A stretch of 64,000 bases of DNA from an uncultured Holophagales bacterium (GCA_963842525.1 CAWJGT010000019.1:224001-288000), one strand, 5' to 3'. Shown: positions 1 to 11,600, counted from the stretch's first letter. Notes: a model not told the origin generated them from the sequence alone. Program-made: numbers and translations.

Positions 1-2043
1 CTCGAGCACAACACCGACCTGTTCAACGATGCCACGGCGTGGCGGATGTACGAGCACTGCGTGGCCATCCTGCGCGCCGGCGCGGAAGACCCGGACCGCC
101 GGGTCGGCGCCCTGCCGCTGCTCGCCGAGGCCGAGCGGCACCAGCTCCTGCGGGAGTGGAGCGAGCCCACCGGCTCAACCGAATGGAAGGGCCGCTGCGT
201 ACATCATCAGGTGGAGGAGCAGGCTGCTCGCACGCCTGGAAGGGTGGCGGTGATCGACGGCGAGCGGTCGCTGACCTACGCCGGGCTCGACGCCCGGGCC
301 AACCGCCTGGCGCACGGCCTGCGCCGGCGCGGGGTGGGGCCGGAGTCGCTGGTGGGCATCTGCGTCGAGCGTTCGCTGGAGATGCTGGTCGCCGCCCTGG
401 CGGTGGCCAAGGCGGGCGGCGCGCTGGTGGCGCTCGATCCGGCCTATCCGCGCGAGCGGCTGGCCACCATCATCGACGACGCCGGCCTCGCCGTGCTGCT
501 GACCCAGGAGGAGCTGCTCACCAGCTTCCCGGAGCACGAGCACATCGCACTCCTCTATGAGCGCGGGGCCGACCTGTTCCCGGAGGAGAGCGAGAGCACC
601 CCGGAGCGCGGGGTCGATCTCGACAATCCGATCTATGCCATCTACACCTCGGGCTCGACGGGCCAGCCGAAAGGGATCGTGGTCACCCACCGGGCCTTCT
701 CCAGCCTGATCGACTGGCAGCTCCGGGCGGCGGACCTGCGGCCGGGAGCGAAGACGGTGGCGCTCTCCACCTTCGGCTTCTGCGTCAGCTTCCAGGAGAT
801 GTTCTCCTGCTGGTGCTCGGGCGGCACCCTGGTGGTGGCCGACGAGATGACGCGGCGGGATGTCGGCGGTCTGGGCGCCTTCCTGGAGGAGCACGGGATC
901 GAGCGCCTGCACCTGCCGTTTGCCGCGCTCAAGCATCTGGCAGAGGCGGCGGACCGGGAGCGGCTGCCCGCTGGGCTGCGGGAGGTGATCACGGCGGGCG
1001 AGCAGCTCCAGGTCACGCCGGCGGTGCGGTCGCTCTTCGAGCGGCTGCCCGGGTGCGTCCTGTCGAACCAGTACGGGGCGTCGGAGACGCACGTCATCAG
1101 CGCCCTGACGCTCACCGGGGAGCCCGCGGCCTGGCCGGCCATCCCGCCGGTCGGGCGGCCGGTGGACCGGGTGCGGATCCACCTGCTCGCTCCAGGCCTC
1201 CAGCCGGTTCCGGTGGGCGTGGCGGGCGAGCTGTATGCAGGGGGCGTCTGCCTGCCGCGGTGTTATCTGAACGACCCTGTGCTGACGGCGCAGAAGCTGG
1301 TGCCCGATCCGTACGGGGCGGAGCCTGGAGCCCGCCTGTATCGCACGGGTGACGCGGCGCGCTACCTCTCCGGCGGCCGGATCGTGTATCATGGCCGCAT
1401 TGACACCCAGGTCAAGGTCCGGGGGTTCCGGATCGAATTGGGTGAGGTGGAGACGGTGCTGGCGCGCCACCCTCGGGTGCGCGACGCCGCGGTGGTAGCA
1501 AAGGCGGCCAAGGCGGACGGTCACCGGCTGGTGGCCTATGTAGTGGCCCATTCGGAGTCGGCGGATTTCGGTGAAATCCGCGCCTACCTCAAGCAGAAGC
1601 TCCCCGAGTTCATGGTTCCGGCGGCGTTCGTCGAGGTGTTGGCGCTACCGCTCAACGCCAACGGCAAGCTCGACCTGACGGCGTTACCCGAGCCGGGCGT
1701 GCAGGCCGCGCGAGCCTATGTGGCGCCGCGCACGGAGATCGAGCAGTTGCTGGTGAAGATCTACGCGGACCTCCTGAAGATCGAGAGAGTAGGGATCCAC
1801 GACAACTTCTTCGAGCTGGGCGGGCACTCCCTGCTGGGCACGCGGCTGATGGCGCAGATCCGGGAGACGGTCGGCATCGACCTCAGGGTGCGGATGCTCT
1901 TCGAGCTCCCGACGGTCGCGGAGATGGGGGAGGCGGTCGCGCAGGCGCTGATGGAGGAGACCGACGACGAGGCGCTGGCGGCGGTGCTGGCGGAGCTCGA
2001 GCGGGAAGAGATGTCCGCAGAGGTTTTGGAGGGGGCTGCATGA
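1..2043 (+). CDS. NRPS, 5'-truncated: end of C domain, then A (proline-clade, Asp235Cys) and T, with acidic C-terminal docking tail
   Basis: Frame 1 is open from base 1 ([19 protein letters not shown], the end of a C domain). A motifs [34 protein letters not shown] and NGKLD; T motif [12 protein letters not shown] at 2041-2043 overlaps the next ATG. Confidence 0.95.
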   Translation, partial: LEHNTDLFNDATAWRMYEHCVAILRAGAEDPDRRVGALPLLAEAERHQLLREWSEPTGSTEWKGRCVHHQVEEQAARTPGRVAVIDGERSLTYAGLDARANRLAHGLRRRGVGPESLVGICVERSLEMLVAALAVAKAGGALVALDPAYPRERLATIIDDAGLAVLLTQEELLTSFPEHEHIALLYERGADLFPEESESTPERGVDLDNPIYAIYTSGSTGQPKGIVVTHRAFSSLIDWQLRAADLRPGAKTVALSTFGFCVSFQEMFSCWCSGGTLVVADEMTRRDVGGLGAFLEEHGIERLHLPFAALKHLAEAADRERLPAGLREVITAGEQLQVTPAVRSLFERLPGCVLSNQYGASETHVISALTLTGEPAAWPAIPPVGRPVDRVRIHLLAPGLQPVPVGVAGELYAGGVCLPRCYLNDPVLTAQKLVPDPYGAEPGARLYRTGDAARYLSGGRIVYHGRIDTQVKVRGFRIELGEVETVLARHPRVRDAAVVAKAAKADGHRLVAYVVAHSESADFGEIRAYLKQKLPEFMVPAAFVEVLALPLNANGKLDLTALPEPGVQAARAYVAPRTEIEQLLVKIYADLLKIERVGIHDNFFELGGHSLLGTRLMAQIRETVGIDLRVRMLFELPTVAEMGEAVAQALMEETDDEALAAVLAELEREEMSAEVLEGAA

Positions 2044-5000
2044 ACGAGCGAGCCAGGGTCCTGGAGGGTCTGTCCACCGACCAGCGCCATGCGCTGCTCG
2101 AGCGGCTGCGGGAGAAGAAGCTCGCGCAGCGCGGGCCGGGCATCCGGCCGCGGCCGGCCGGTCTGCGCACCTTGCCGCTGTCTTTCGCCCAGGAGCGCCT
2201 CTGGTTCCTCGACCAGCTCGAGAAGGGGTCCGCCACCTACAACCTCCTGTTCGGGGTGCGCCTGACCGGCCGCCTCGACCGCCGTGCCCTGCAGCGCACC
2301 CTGGTCGAGCTGGTGCGCCGCCACGAGTCCCTGCGCACCACCTTCGGCCAGCGGGAGGGCCGGGCCTTCCAGACCATCGCGCCCTCGGCGGCGCCGCCCC
2401 TTCCGTGGATCGACGTCGCCGGTCTGCCGGAGGCCGCGGGCGCGGCGGAGCTGCTGCGCATCCTGCGCGACGAGGCGCTGCTGCCCTTCGACCTGGAGCG
2501 CGGCCCGCTGCTGCGCTGCAAGCTCCTCCGCTTCAGCCCCGAGGACCATGCGCTCGCCGTGGCGATGCACCACATCGTCTCCGACGGCTGGTCGATGGCG
2601 GTCTTCCTGCGCGAGATGTCGGACCTGTATGCCGCCTTTGCCGCCGGCCGGCCTTCGCCGCTGCCGGAGCCGGGGCTCCAGTACGCCGACTTCGCCGTCT
2701 GGCAGCGCGAGCACCTGAGCGGTGCGGCCCTCGACGCCGAGATCGCCTGGTGGCGGCAGCGGCTGGACGGGCTGCCGGTTCTCGAGCTGCCGGTCGACCG
2801 GCCGCGGCCGGCGCGGCAGAGCCACCGCGGCGAGTCGGTGCGGCTGACCCTGGACCCCGCCGTGACCGCGCGCATCTACGCGCTCGGGCATCGCGAGGGG
2901 GCCACCCCGTTCATGATCCTGCTTGCCGTCTGGAAGGCGCTGCTCCTCCGCACCACGGGGCAGACCGACTTCGCGGTGGGCTCCCCGGTGGCCAACCGCG
3001 AGCACGCCGAGATCGCGAACCTGATCGGGTTTTTCGTCAACACGCTGGTGCTGCGCACCGACCTGTCGGGCGGCCCCGGCTTCCGCGCGCTGCTCGGCCG
3101 GGTACGGGCGACGTCGATCGCCGCCTACGACCATGCGGAGCTGCCGTTCGAGAAGCTTGTGGAGCATCTGCAGCCCGAGCGCTCCGGGGGGCGCAATCCG
3201 CTCGTCCAGGTGATCTGCGTGATGCAGAACCATTCCTGGCCGGAGCTGCGGATCGGCGACGTCCAGCTCAAGCTCCTGGAATTCGGGACCCAGATCGCGA
3301 AGTTCAACCTGAGCCTGGGCTGGAGCGAGGAGGACGGCCGGCTCGAGGGCGGGCTGGAGTACGCCACCGACCTCTACGAAGCCGCGACCATCGAGCGCAT
3401 GCTGGGCCACTACCGGATGCTTCTCGACGGCGTGCTCGACGACCTGGAGACGGATGTCACGGAGCTCCCGCTGTTCGCCGCCGCCGAACGGCGGCAGCTC
3501 CTCGGCGAAGCGAGCGGGCCGGCGCATGACCGGCATGCCGGGATCGACGGCCGCTGCATCCACCACCGGATCGAGGAGCAAGCGGCGCGGACGCCCGAGG
3601 CGCCCGCCGTCGAGGACCTGACCTACCGGGAGCTCAACGCGCGCGCCAACCGGCTGGCGTGGTGGCTGCGCGCCCACGGGGTCGGCCCCGAGGCGCGGGT
3701 CGCCGTGCTCTTCGAGCGCTCGCCCGAGATGGTGGTGGCCGCGCTGGGAGCGTTCAAGGCCGGGGCGGCCTATGTGCCGCTCGATCCCACCTACCCGGCG
3801 GAGCGCCTCGGCTTCCTCGCCACCGATTCGCAGGCAGGCGTGGACAGGCCGGTGATCGTGACCCGCGAGGATCTGGTCAGGCTGCTGCCGGAGGAGACGC
3901 AGCAACGGGCGCGGATCATCCGCCTGGACGCCGACGCAGAGGATCTGGCCCGCCAGGAGGCCGGCAATCCGCCGTCCTCCGTCACGCCCGAGAACCTCTG
4001 CTACATCATCTACACCTCGGGATCGACCGGCCGGCCCAAAGGCTCGGCGCTCCCGCATGCCACCCTCTCCCGCCTGGTGGACTGGCACCGCGAGGCGTTC
4101 GGCGTGACGCCGGCCGACCGTGCGAGCTGGATCGCGAGCCCGGCCTTCGACCCCGCGGTGTGGGAGGTCTGGTCGTGCCTCTGCTGTGGCGCCTGGCTGC
4201 GCATCCCGGACGAGCGCGTGCGCTCCGAGCCCGCGCGGCTGGCGGCCTGGCTCGCGGACGAGGGCATCACCTTCGCCTACATGCCGACGCCGCTCGCCGA
4301 GGCGGTGTTCCCCGGGCCCTGGCCGGAGGACCTGCGGCTGCGGGCGCTCACCCTCGGCGGCGACCGCCTGGTGCGCCGGCCTCCCGCCGAGGCGACGTTC
4401 GAGGTCTACAACCTCTACGGGCCGGCCGAGTGCACCGTGAACTCGACCTTCGGCCTGGTCGAGCCGCACGGGACGGACCTGCCCCATCTGGGCACCCCGG
4501 TCGCGGGGGTACGCGTCTACGTGGCCGATCCCTGGGGAAGCCTCGCTCCGGCCGGCATTCCCGGCGAGATCTGGGTCGGCGGCGCCGGGATCGGCCGTGG
4601 TTATCTCGACCGCCCGGTCTGGACGGCCGAGCGCTTCGTGCCCGACGGATTCGGTGATGGAATCGGAGAGAGGCTCTATCGCACCGGCGACCTGGGGCGG
4701 CGCCGGCCGGGCGGGCCCCTCGAATTCCTCGGCCGCATCGACCACCAGGTCAAGATCCGCGGCATCCGGGTGGAGCTGGGCGAGGTCGAGGCGATCCTGC
4801 AGGAGCATCCCGAGGTCGGCACCTGTGTGGTGATTGCACGGCAGGACCGGCCGGGGGACAAGGCCCTGGTGGCGTATCTGACGCGGGCCGAGGGAGTCGC
4901 AGAGGGACCGGATCCGGGCGAGCTCCGCCGCCATCTTGCGACGCGTCTGCCGGCGGCCATGGTGCCCTCTGCGTTCGTCGTGCTCGACGCCCTGCCGCTC

Positions 5001-8000
5001 AACCCCAACGGCAAGGTGGACCGCCGCGCGTTGGCGCGCCTGGAGCCGCCGGCCGACGACGCCCGCGCCTCGTCTGCCGGCGAGCACGTGCCGCCGCGCA
5101 CCGCCACGGAGGAGATCCTCGCCGCCATCTGGGCCGACCTCCTGGGGGTCGAGCGCGTGGGCGTCCACGACAGCTTCTTCGATCTGGGCGGGCACTCGCT
5201 GCTCGGCGTCCAGGTCCTGTCGCGCCTGCGCACCCTGTTCCGGGTCGAGCTGTCCGTCCGCACCCTGTTCGAGGAGCCGACGCTGGAGGGCTTCGCGGCC
5301 CAGGTGGACGCGGCGCTCCGCGCGAGCGCCGGCACCGCGGCGCCGCCGCTTGAGCGGGTGCCCCGTCAGGATCGCCAGAGAGTAGTGCTCTCCTTCGCCC
5401 AGGAGCGGCTCTGGTTCCTGGAGCAGCTCGAGCCGGGGACGGCCTTCTACAACATCCCTGCGGCCACGCGCCTCGCCGGGCCGTTGCGGGTGGACGTCCT
5501 GCGCGGCGGTTTCGCGGAGCTGGTGCGCCGTCACGAGTCGCTGCGTACCACCTTCGGCGAAGAGCACGGCCAGGCCTTCCAGGTCATCGCCCCGGCCGCT
5601 GCCGCGGAAATGCCGTTGATCGACCTGGCCTCGCTGCCGCAGGTACCGGACAACCCGGTGCGTGGCGCCGAGCTGCTGCGCCTGGCCACCGCCGAGGTGC
5701 GGCGCTCGTTCGACCTGCAGCGCGGCCCACTCGTCCGCACGACCCTCTTCCGGGTGACGCCGGAGGACCATGTCCTGGTGTCGACCATGCACCACATCGT
5801 CTCCGACGGCTGGTCGATGACCGTCCTCGTCCGCGAGATGGCGGAGCTCTACGGCGCTTTCGCCGCGGGGCTCCCGTCCCCGCTTCCCGAGCTGCCCATC
5901 CAGTACGCCGACTATGCGGTCTGGCAGCGCAGCTATCTCCAGGGGGTGGTGCTGGAGGCCGAGATCGAATGGTGGCGTGCGCGCCTGGCCGGGGTGCCGG
6001 CGCTTCAGCTCCCCACCGACCGGCCGCGTCCGCCGGTCGAGACCTTCCGCGGCCGGCAGCGCCCCTCGGGGCTGTCGGCCGGGCTCACCGGCGCTCTCCA
6101 GGAGCTGAGCCGCGGCGAGGGCGTGAGCCTCTTCATGACCCTGCTCGCCGCCTTCCAGACGATGCTCTTCCGCTACAGCGGGCAGACCGACCTGGCGGTG
6201 GGCTCGCCGATCGCCAACCGTAACCGCAGCGAGACCGAAGAGGTGATCGGCTTCTTCGCCAACACCCTGGTTTTGCGCACCGACCTGTCCGGTGATCCGA
6301 GCTTCCGCGAGTTGCTGGCGCGGGTGCGGGAGGTGACCCTGGGGGCCTACGCGCACGAGAACCTGCCGTTCGAAAAGATCGTCATGGAGCTCCAGCCGGA
6401 CCGCGACATGAGCCGCAACCCGCTCTTCCAGGCCATGTGCGTGCTGCAGAACCAGCCGTTCAGGGCGGCGCCGCTGCGCGACCTGGAGATCTCGGGGCTG
6501 AGCCTCGATACGGCGACGGCGAAGTTCGACCTGACCCTCTTCTGGCAGGAGACGGGGGGCGTGCTCAGCGCTCTCCTGGAGCACAACACCGACCTGTTCG
6601 ACGACGCCACGGCATGGCGGATGTACGAGCACTGCGTGGCGATCCTGCGTGCCGGCGTCGAGGACCCGGACCAGCGGGTTGGCGCTCTGCCGCTGCTCGC
6701 CGAGGCCGAGCGGCATCAGCTCCTGCGCGAGTGGAGCGGACCCGCAAGCTCGACAGATTGGGCCGGCCGCTGCGTCCATCACCAGGTGGAGGAGCAGGTG
6801 GCGCGCACACCCGGCGGGGTGGCGGTGATCGACGGCGGACGGTCGCTGACCTACGCCGAGCTCCACGCCCGCGCCAACCGCCTGGCGCACGGCCTGCGCC
6901 GGCACGGTGTGGGGCCGGAGTCGCTGGTGGGCATCTGCGTCGAGCGCTCGCTGGAGATGGTCGTGGCGGGCCTGGCGGTGGCGAAGGCGGGCGGCGCCCT
7001 GGTGGCGCTCGATCCGGCCTATCCGCGCGAGCGGCTGGCCACCATCATCGATGACGCGGGCCTCGCCGTGCTGCTGACCCAGGAGGCGCTGCTGGAGAGC
7101 TTCCCCCAGCATGAGCACATCGCCCTCCTCTATGAGCAGGGGGCCGACCTGTTCCCGGAGGAGAGCACGGCGAATCCGGACAGCGGGGTCGACCTCGATC
7201 ATCCCATCTATGCGATCTACACCTCGGGCTCGACGGGGCAGCCGAAGGGGATCGTGGTGACTCACCGCGCGTTCGCCAGCCTGCTCGCCTGGCAACTGGA
7301 TGCGCCGGGCCTGCGTCCGGGGGCGCGGACGGTGGCGCTCTCCACCTTCGGCTTCTGCGTCAGCTTTCAGGAGATGCTCTCCTCCTGGTGCTCGGGCGGC
7401 ACGCTGGTGGTGGCCGACGAGATGACGCGGCGCGACATCCTCGGGCTGGCCTCGTTCCTGGAGGCGTACGGTATCGAGCGGCTGCACCTGCCGTTCGCCG
7501 CGCTCAAGCACCTGGCCGAGGCCTTCTCGGCCCAGACGGCGGGCGGGGGCCTGCTGCCGTCGCGTCTGACCGAGGTGATCACGGCGGGCGAGCAGCTCCA
7601 GGTCACGCCGGCGGTGCGATTGCTGTTCGAGCGCCTGCCCGGATGCGCGCTGTCGAACCAGTACGGTGCGTCGGAGACGCACGTGATCAGCGCTCTGACG
7701 CTCCCGGGCGCGCCCGGGGAGTGGCCGGCGATCCCGCCGGTGGGGCGGCCGGTGGCGCGGGTGCGCATCCACCTGCTCGATGCGGGCCTCCAGCCGGTGC
7801 CGGTCGGTGTGGCCGGCGAGCTCTTCGCGGGAGGCGTCTGCCCGCCGCGATGCTATCTGAACGATCCGGTGCTGACGGCGCAGAAGCTGGTGCCCGATCC
7901 GTACAGCGCGGAGCCCGGGGCGCGTCTCTACCGCACGGGCGACGCGGCGCGCTACCTGGCCGACGGCCGCATCGAGTACTACGGCCGGATCGACACCCAG

Positions 8001-8657
8001 GTGAAGATCCGCGGCTTCCGGATCGAGCTGGGCGAGGTCGAGACCGTGCTGGCTCGCCACCCGCAGGTACGTGACGCCGCCGTTGTCGCCAGGGCGGCCA
8101 AGACGGCAAAGCCGGGCGGGGCGGACGGGCACCGACTCGTCGCCTATGTGGTGCCTCAAACGGAGCCGGCGGATTTCGACGAGATCCGGGCCTACCTCAA
8201 GCAGAAGCTCCCCGAGTTCATGGTGCCGGCGGCGTTCGTCGAGATGCGGGAGCTGCCGCTCAACGCCAACGGCAAGCTCGACCAGGCGGCGCTGCCCGAG
8301 CCGGACCTCCAGACCGTTTCGCGCGCCTATGTGCCGGCGCGCACGGAGGTCGAGCAGCTTCTGGCGGAGATCTACGGGGACCTCCTGAAGGTCGAGAGGG
8401 TGGGGATCCACGACAACTTCTTCGAGCTGGGCGGGCACTCCCTGCTCGGCACACGGCTGATGGCGCAGGTCCGGGAGACCTTCGGCGTCGATCTCAAGGT
8501 GCGGACGCTGTTCGAGATGCCCACGGTTGCGGAGATGTCCGTGGCGATCGCGCAGTCGCTGATGGAGGGGACCGACGACGAGGCGCTGGCGGCGGTGCTG
8601 GCCGAGCTCGAGCAGGACGAGATGCACGCGGAGGCCCTGGAAGGGGAACCGGCATGA
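2040..8657 (+). CDS. Bimodular NRPS C-A-T-C-A-T (2205 aa)
   Basis: ATGA overlap with GGAGGGGG RBS at 2028-2035. Two LCL-like C domains ([21 protein letters not shown]), two A domains (hand-read codes DPWYTGLVNK and CVQHIAQVIK) and two GGHSL T domains. Confidence 0.95.
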   Translation: MNERARVLEGLSTDQRHALLERLREKKLAQRGPGIRPRPAGLRTLPLSFAQERLWFLDQLEKGSATYNLLFGVRLTGRLDRRALQRTLVELVRRHESLRTTFGQREGRAFQTIAPSAAPPLPWIDVAGLPEAAGAAELLRILRDEALLPFDLERGPLLRCKLLRFSPEDHALAVAMHHIVSDGWSMAVFLREMSDLYAAFAAGRPSPLPEPGLQYADFAVWQREHLSGAALDAEIAWWRQRLDGLPVLELPVDRPRPARQSHRGESVRLTLDPAVTARIYALGHREGATPFMILLAVWKALLLRTTGQTDFAVGSPVANREHAEIANLIGFFVNTLVLRTDLSGGPGFRALLGRVRATSIAAYDHAELPFEKLVEHLQPERSGGRNPLVQVICVMQNHSWPELRIGDVQLKLLEFGTQIAKFNLSLGWSEEDGRLEGGLEYATDLYEAATIERMLGHYRMLLDGVLDDLETDVTELPLFAAAERRQLLGEASGPAHDRHAGIDGRCIHHRIEEQAARTPEAPAVEDLTYRELNARANRLAWWLRAHGVGPEARVAVLFERSPEMVVAALGAFKAGAAYVPLDPTYPAERLGFLATDSQAGVDRPVIVTREDLVRLLPEETQQRARIIRLDADAEDLARQEAGNPPSSVTPENLCYIIYTSGSTGRPKGSALPHATLSRLVDWHREAFGVTPADRASWIASPAFDPAVWEVWSCLCCGAWLRIPDERVRSEPARLAAWLADEGITFAYMPTPLAEAVFPGPWPEDLRLRALTLGGDRLVRRPPAEATFEVYNLYGPAECTVNSTFGLVEPHGTDLPHLGTPVAGVRVYVADPWGSLAPAGIPGEIWVGGAGIGRGYLDRPVWTAERFVPDGFGDGIGERLYRTGDLGRRRPGGPLEFLGRIDHQVKIRGIRVELGEVEAILQEHPEVGTCVVIARQDRPGDKALVAYLTRAEGVAEGPDPGELRRHLATRLPAAMVPSAFVVLDALPLNPNGKVDRRALARLEPPADDARASSAGEHVPPRTATEEILAAIWADLLGVERVGVHDSFFDLGGHSLLGVQVLSRLRTLFRVELSVRTLFEEPTLEGFAAQVDAALRASAGTAAPPLERVPRQDRQRVVLSFAQERLWFLEQLEPGTAFYNIPAATRLAGPLRVDVLRGGFAELVRRHESLRTTFGEEHGQAFQVIAPAAAAEMPLIDLASLPQVPDNPVRGAELLRLATAEVRRSFDLQRGPLVRTTLFRVTPEDHVLVSTMHHIVSDGWSMTVLVREMAELYGAFAAGLPSPLPELPIQYADYAVWQRSYLQGVVLEAEIEWWRARLAGVPALQLPTDRPRPPVETFRGRQRPSGLSAGLTGALQELSRGEGVSLFMTLLAAFQTMLFRYSGQTDLAVGSPIANRNRSETEEVIGFFANTLVLRTDLSGDPSFRELLARVREVTLGAYAHENLPFEKIVMELQPDRDMSRNPLFQAMCVLQNQPFRAAPLRDLEISGLSLDTATAKFDLTLFWQETGGVLSALLEHNTDLFDDATAWRMYEHCVAILRAGVEDPDQRVGALPLLAEAERHQLLREWSGPASSTDWAGRCVHHQVEEQVARTPGGVAVIDGGRSLTYAELHARANRLAHGLRRHGVGPESLVGICVERSLEMVVAGLAVAKAGGALVALDPAYPRERLATIIDDAGLAVLLTQEALLESFPQHEHIALLYEQGADLFPEESTANPDSGVDLDHPIYAIYTSGSTGQPKGIVVTHRAFASLLAWQLDAPGLRPGARTVALSTFGFCVSFQEMLSSWCSGGTLVVADEMTRRDILGLASFLEAYGIERLHLPFAALKHLAEAFSAQTAGGGLLPSRLTEVITAGEQLQVTPAVRLLFERLPGCALSNQYGASETHVISALTLPGAPGEWPAIPPVGRPVARVRIHLLDAGLQPVPVGVAGELFAGGVCPPRCYLNDPVLTAQKLVPDPYSAEPGARLYRTGDAARYLADGRIEYYGRIDTQVKIRGFRIELGEVETVLARHPQVRDAAVVARAAKTAKPGGADGHRLVAYVVPQTEPADFDEIRAYLKQKLPEFMVPAAFVEMRELPLNANGKLDQAALPEPDLQTVSRAYVPARTEVEQLLAEIYGDLLKVERVGIHDNFFELGGHSLLGTRLMAQVRETFGVDLKVRTLFEMPTVAEMSVAIAQSLMEGTDDEALAAVLAELEQDEMHAEALEGEPA
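5380..8620 (+). repeat. Intragenic duplicated C-A(X)-T terminal module (other copies at 1-2010, partial, and ~15270-18480)
   Basis: Long near-identical DNA stretches. For example GAGCACAACACCGACCTGTTC...ATGTACGAGCACTGCGTGGC occurs at ~4, ~6579 and ~16471, with its C part also at ~13258. All three modules end in TDDEALAAV. Confidence 0.9.
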
Positions 8658-11600
8658 TGGAGAGAGCGAAGGTCCTGGCGGACCTGCCGGCCGGCAAGCG
8701 CGAGGCGCTGCTGCACCTGCTGCGGGAGCGGAAGCTCGCCCAGCGGCGGCCGGAGATCCGGCCCCGCCCGGCGGAGCTCGTCCGCGTGCCGCTGTCCTTC
8801 TCCCAGGAGCGTCTCTGGTTCCTGGAGCAGCTCGAACGCGGGACCGCCACCTACAACCTCCCATACTGCGTACACCTGGCGGGACGCCTCGACCTGGACG
8901 CCCTGCGGCGCACCCTGGCGGAGGTGGTGCGCCGGCACGAGTCGCTGCGCACCACCTTCGGCCAGAGCGAAGGCAGGCCCTTCCAGGCCGTGGGATGCCC
9001 CTGGGCCCCCGCACTGCCGCTGATCGACCTCTCCGCGGTCACCCCCGTCGCCGATATCGCCGACATCGCCAATCACTCCGCCGCGGTGTACACAGCGGAG
9101 CTGCGGCGCCTGTTCGCGCTGCAGGCATGGCAGCCCTTCGATCTGGAGCATGGACCGCTGCTGCGTTGCCAGCTCTTCCGCCTCGGGCCGGAGGACCACG
9201 CCTTCGCCCTGACCATGCACCACATCGTCTCCGACGGCTGGTCCATGACCGTCTTCCTGCGCGAGATCTCGGCGGTCTACAGCGCGTTCTGCGCCGGCCG
9301 GCCCTCGCCGCTGCCGGAGCCGCAGATCCAGTACCCCGACTTCGCCGTCTGGCAGCGGCAGCACCTGAGCGGCGCGGCTCTCGACGCCGCGCTCTCCTGG
9401 TGGCGCGAGCGGCTGGCCGGCGTGCCGGCGCTCGAGCTGCCCACCGACCGGCCGCGGCCGCCCGTCCAGAGCCATCGCGGCGCGGGGTTGCTGCAGACGC
9501 TCGATCCCGCGGTCACGGGCCTCCTGCGCGAGCTCGGCAACCGGCAGGGGGCGACGCCGTTCATGGTCCTGCTGGCTCTCTGGCAGGTGCTGCTCCTCCG
9601 TTACAGCGGCCAGGACGATTTCGCGGTGGGGACCCCGGTGGCCAACCGCGACCACTTCGAGGTCGCGGACCTGATCGGATTCTTCGTCAACACCCTGGCG
9701 CTGCGCACCCGCCTGGCGGGCGGTATCGGCTTCCTCGAGCTCCTCGGCCGGGTGCGCCAGGTGGCCGTCGAGGCCTACGACCACGCCGAGCTGCCGTTCG
9801 AGAAGCTCGTCGAGCATCTCCAGCCCGAGCGGTCGGCGGACCGCAACCCGCTCGTCCAGGTGTTCTGCATGATGCAGACCCAGTCGTGGCCGGACCTCCG
9901 CCTCGGCGATGTCCTGCTCTCCCCGATGGATCTCGGCACCGGAACCTCCAAGTTCGAGCTGAGCCTGGGCTGGACCGAGAACAAGGGGTGCTTCCTCGGC
10001 GCCCTCAACTACAGCACCAACCTGTTCGACCGGGCCACCGCCGAACGCATGCTGCGCCACTACGTGACGCTGGTCGGCTCCGTGCTGGCCGATCCCTACC
10101 GGAGTGTGACGGAGCTCTCTCCTCGACGACGCCGAGCGCCGCGCGCTCCTCGCCGAGGCGGCCGGACCTGCCCTCGATACGACGGCCGGCCGGTGCGTCC
10201 ACCACCGCGTCGAGGAGCACGCGGCGTGTGCTCCCGAGGCTCCCGCGGTGGAGGACCTGACCTACCGCGAGCTCAACGAGCGCGCCAACCGGCTGGCCCG
10301 GTGGCTGCGCTCCCAGAGCATCGGTCCCGAGGCGCGGGTCGGCGTGCTCTTCGAGCGCTCGCCCGAGATGGTGGTGGCCGCGCTGGGTGTGCTCAAGTCG
10401 GGAGCCGCGTACGTGCCGCTCGATCCCTCCTATCCGGCGGACCGTCTCGGGTTCATCCTCGCCGATTCGCAGATGGGAGTGGAGCGGCCCCTGCTGGTGA
10501 CGCGCGAGGGTCTGGTCGGGTTGCTGCCGAAGACATCGGAAGACACCGCGCGCCGGGCGCGGATCGTCTGTCTGGACGCCGACGAGGAGGAGCTGGCGCG
10601 GCAGGACGCCGGGAACCCGCCGGCCCTGGCCGGGCCGGACAACCTGGCTTACGTGATGTACACCTCCGGCTCGACGGGCAGGCCCAAGGGCTCGGCCGTC
10701 ACTCACGCCTGCCTCGCCAACCTGGTGGACTGGCACCGGGAGACGTTCCGCGTAACCCCGGCCGACCGTACGACCCAGGTCGCGAATCCGGCCTTCGATC
10801 CGGTGGTCTGGGAGCTCTGGTCGTGCCTCTCCTGCGGGGCCTGGCTGCGGATCCCGGAAGAGGGTGTGCGCTCCGATCCCGCGCGCTTGGTCGATTGGCT
10901 GGCCGCCGAAGAGATCACCATGAGCTATCTCCCCACGCCCCTGGCGGAGGCGGCGCTGGCTGCCCCATGGCCGGTGGAGATGCGCCTGCGGACGCTCTTC
11001 ACGGGCGGCGACCGCCTGATCCGCCGGCCTCCCGCGGGGGCGGCGTACGAGATGATCAACTGCTACGGGCCGGCGGAGTGCACGGTGATTTCCACGGTGA
11101 GCTGCGTCGAGCCCCCGGGGCAGGGGCAGTTACCGGGGCTGCCGTCCATCGGAACACCCGTCTCCTGCGCTCGGGTCTATCTGGTGGACCTCTGGGGGAA
11201 CCTGGCCCCGGCCGGCGTGCCCGGAGAGGTCTGGATCGGCGGCCGTGGGACAGGGCGGGGCTACCTGGGCCGGCCGGACTGGACCGCCGAGCGCTTCGTG
11301 CCGGACCCGTTTGGCGGATGGAGGGGAGAGCGGTTGTACCGTACCGGCGATCTGGCGCGGCGCCGGCCGGGGGGAGCTCGAGTTCCTCGGGAGGATCGAC
11401 CATCAGGTCAAGGTGCGCGGTATCCGCATCGAGCTGGGAGAGATCGAGGCGGGTCTGCTGGAGCATCCGGAGGTCGGCGGCTGCGCGGTGATCGCGCGGC
11501 AGGACCGGCCTGGGGAGCGGAGCCTGGTGGCCTATGTGGTTCCTTCCGGGGAGGCGGCGGGCGCCGAGTCCGTTTCCGTGGCTCCGAGCCCCGCCGAGCT

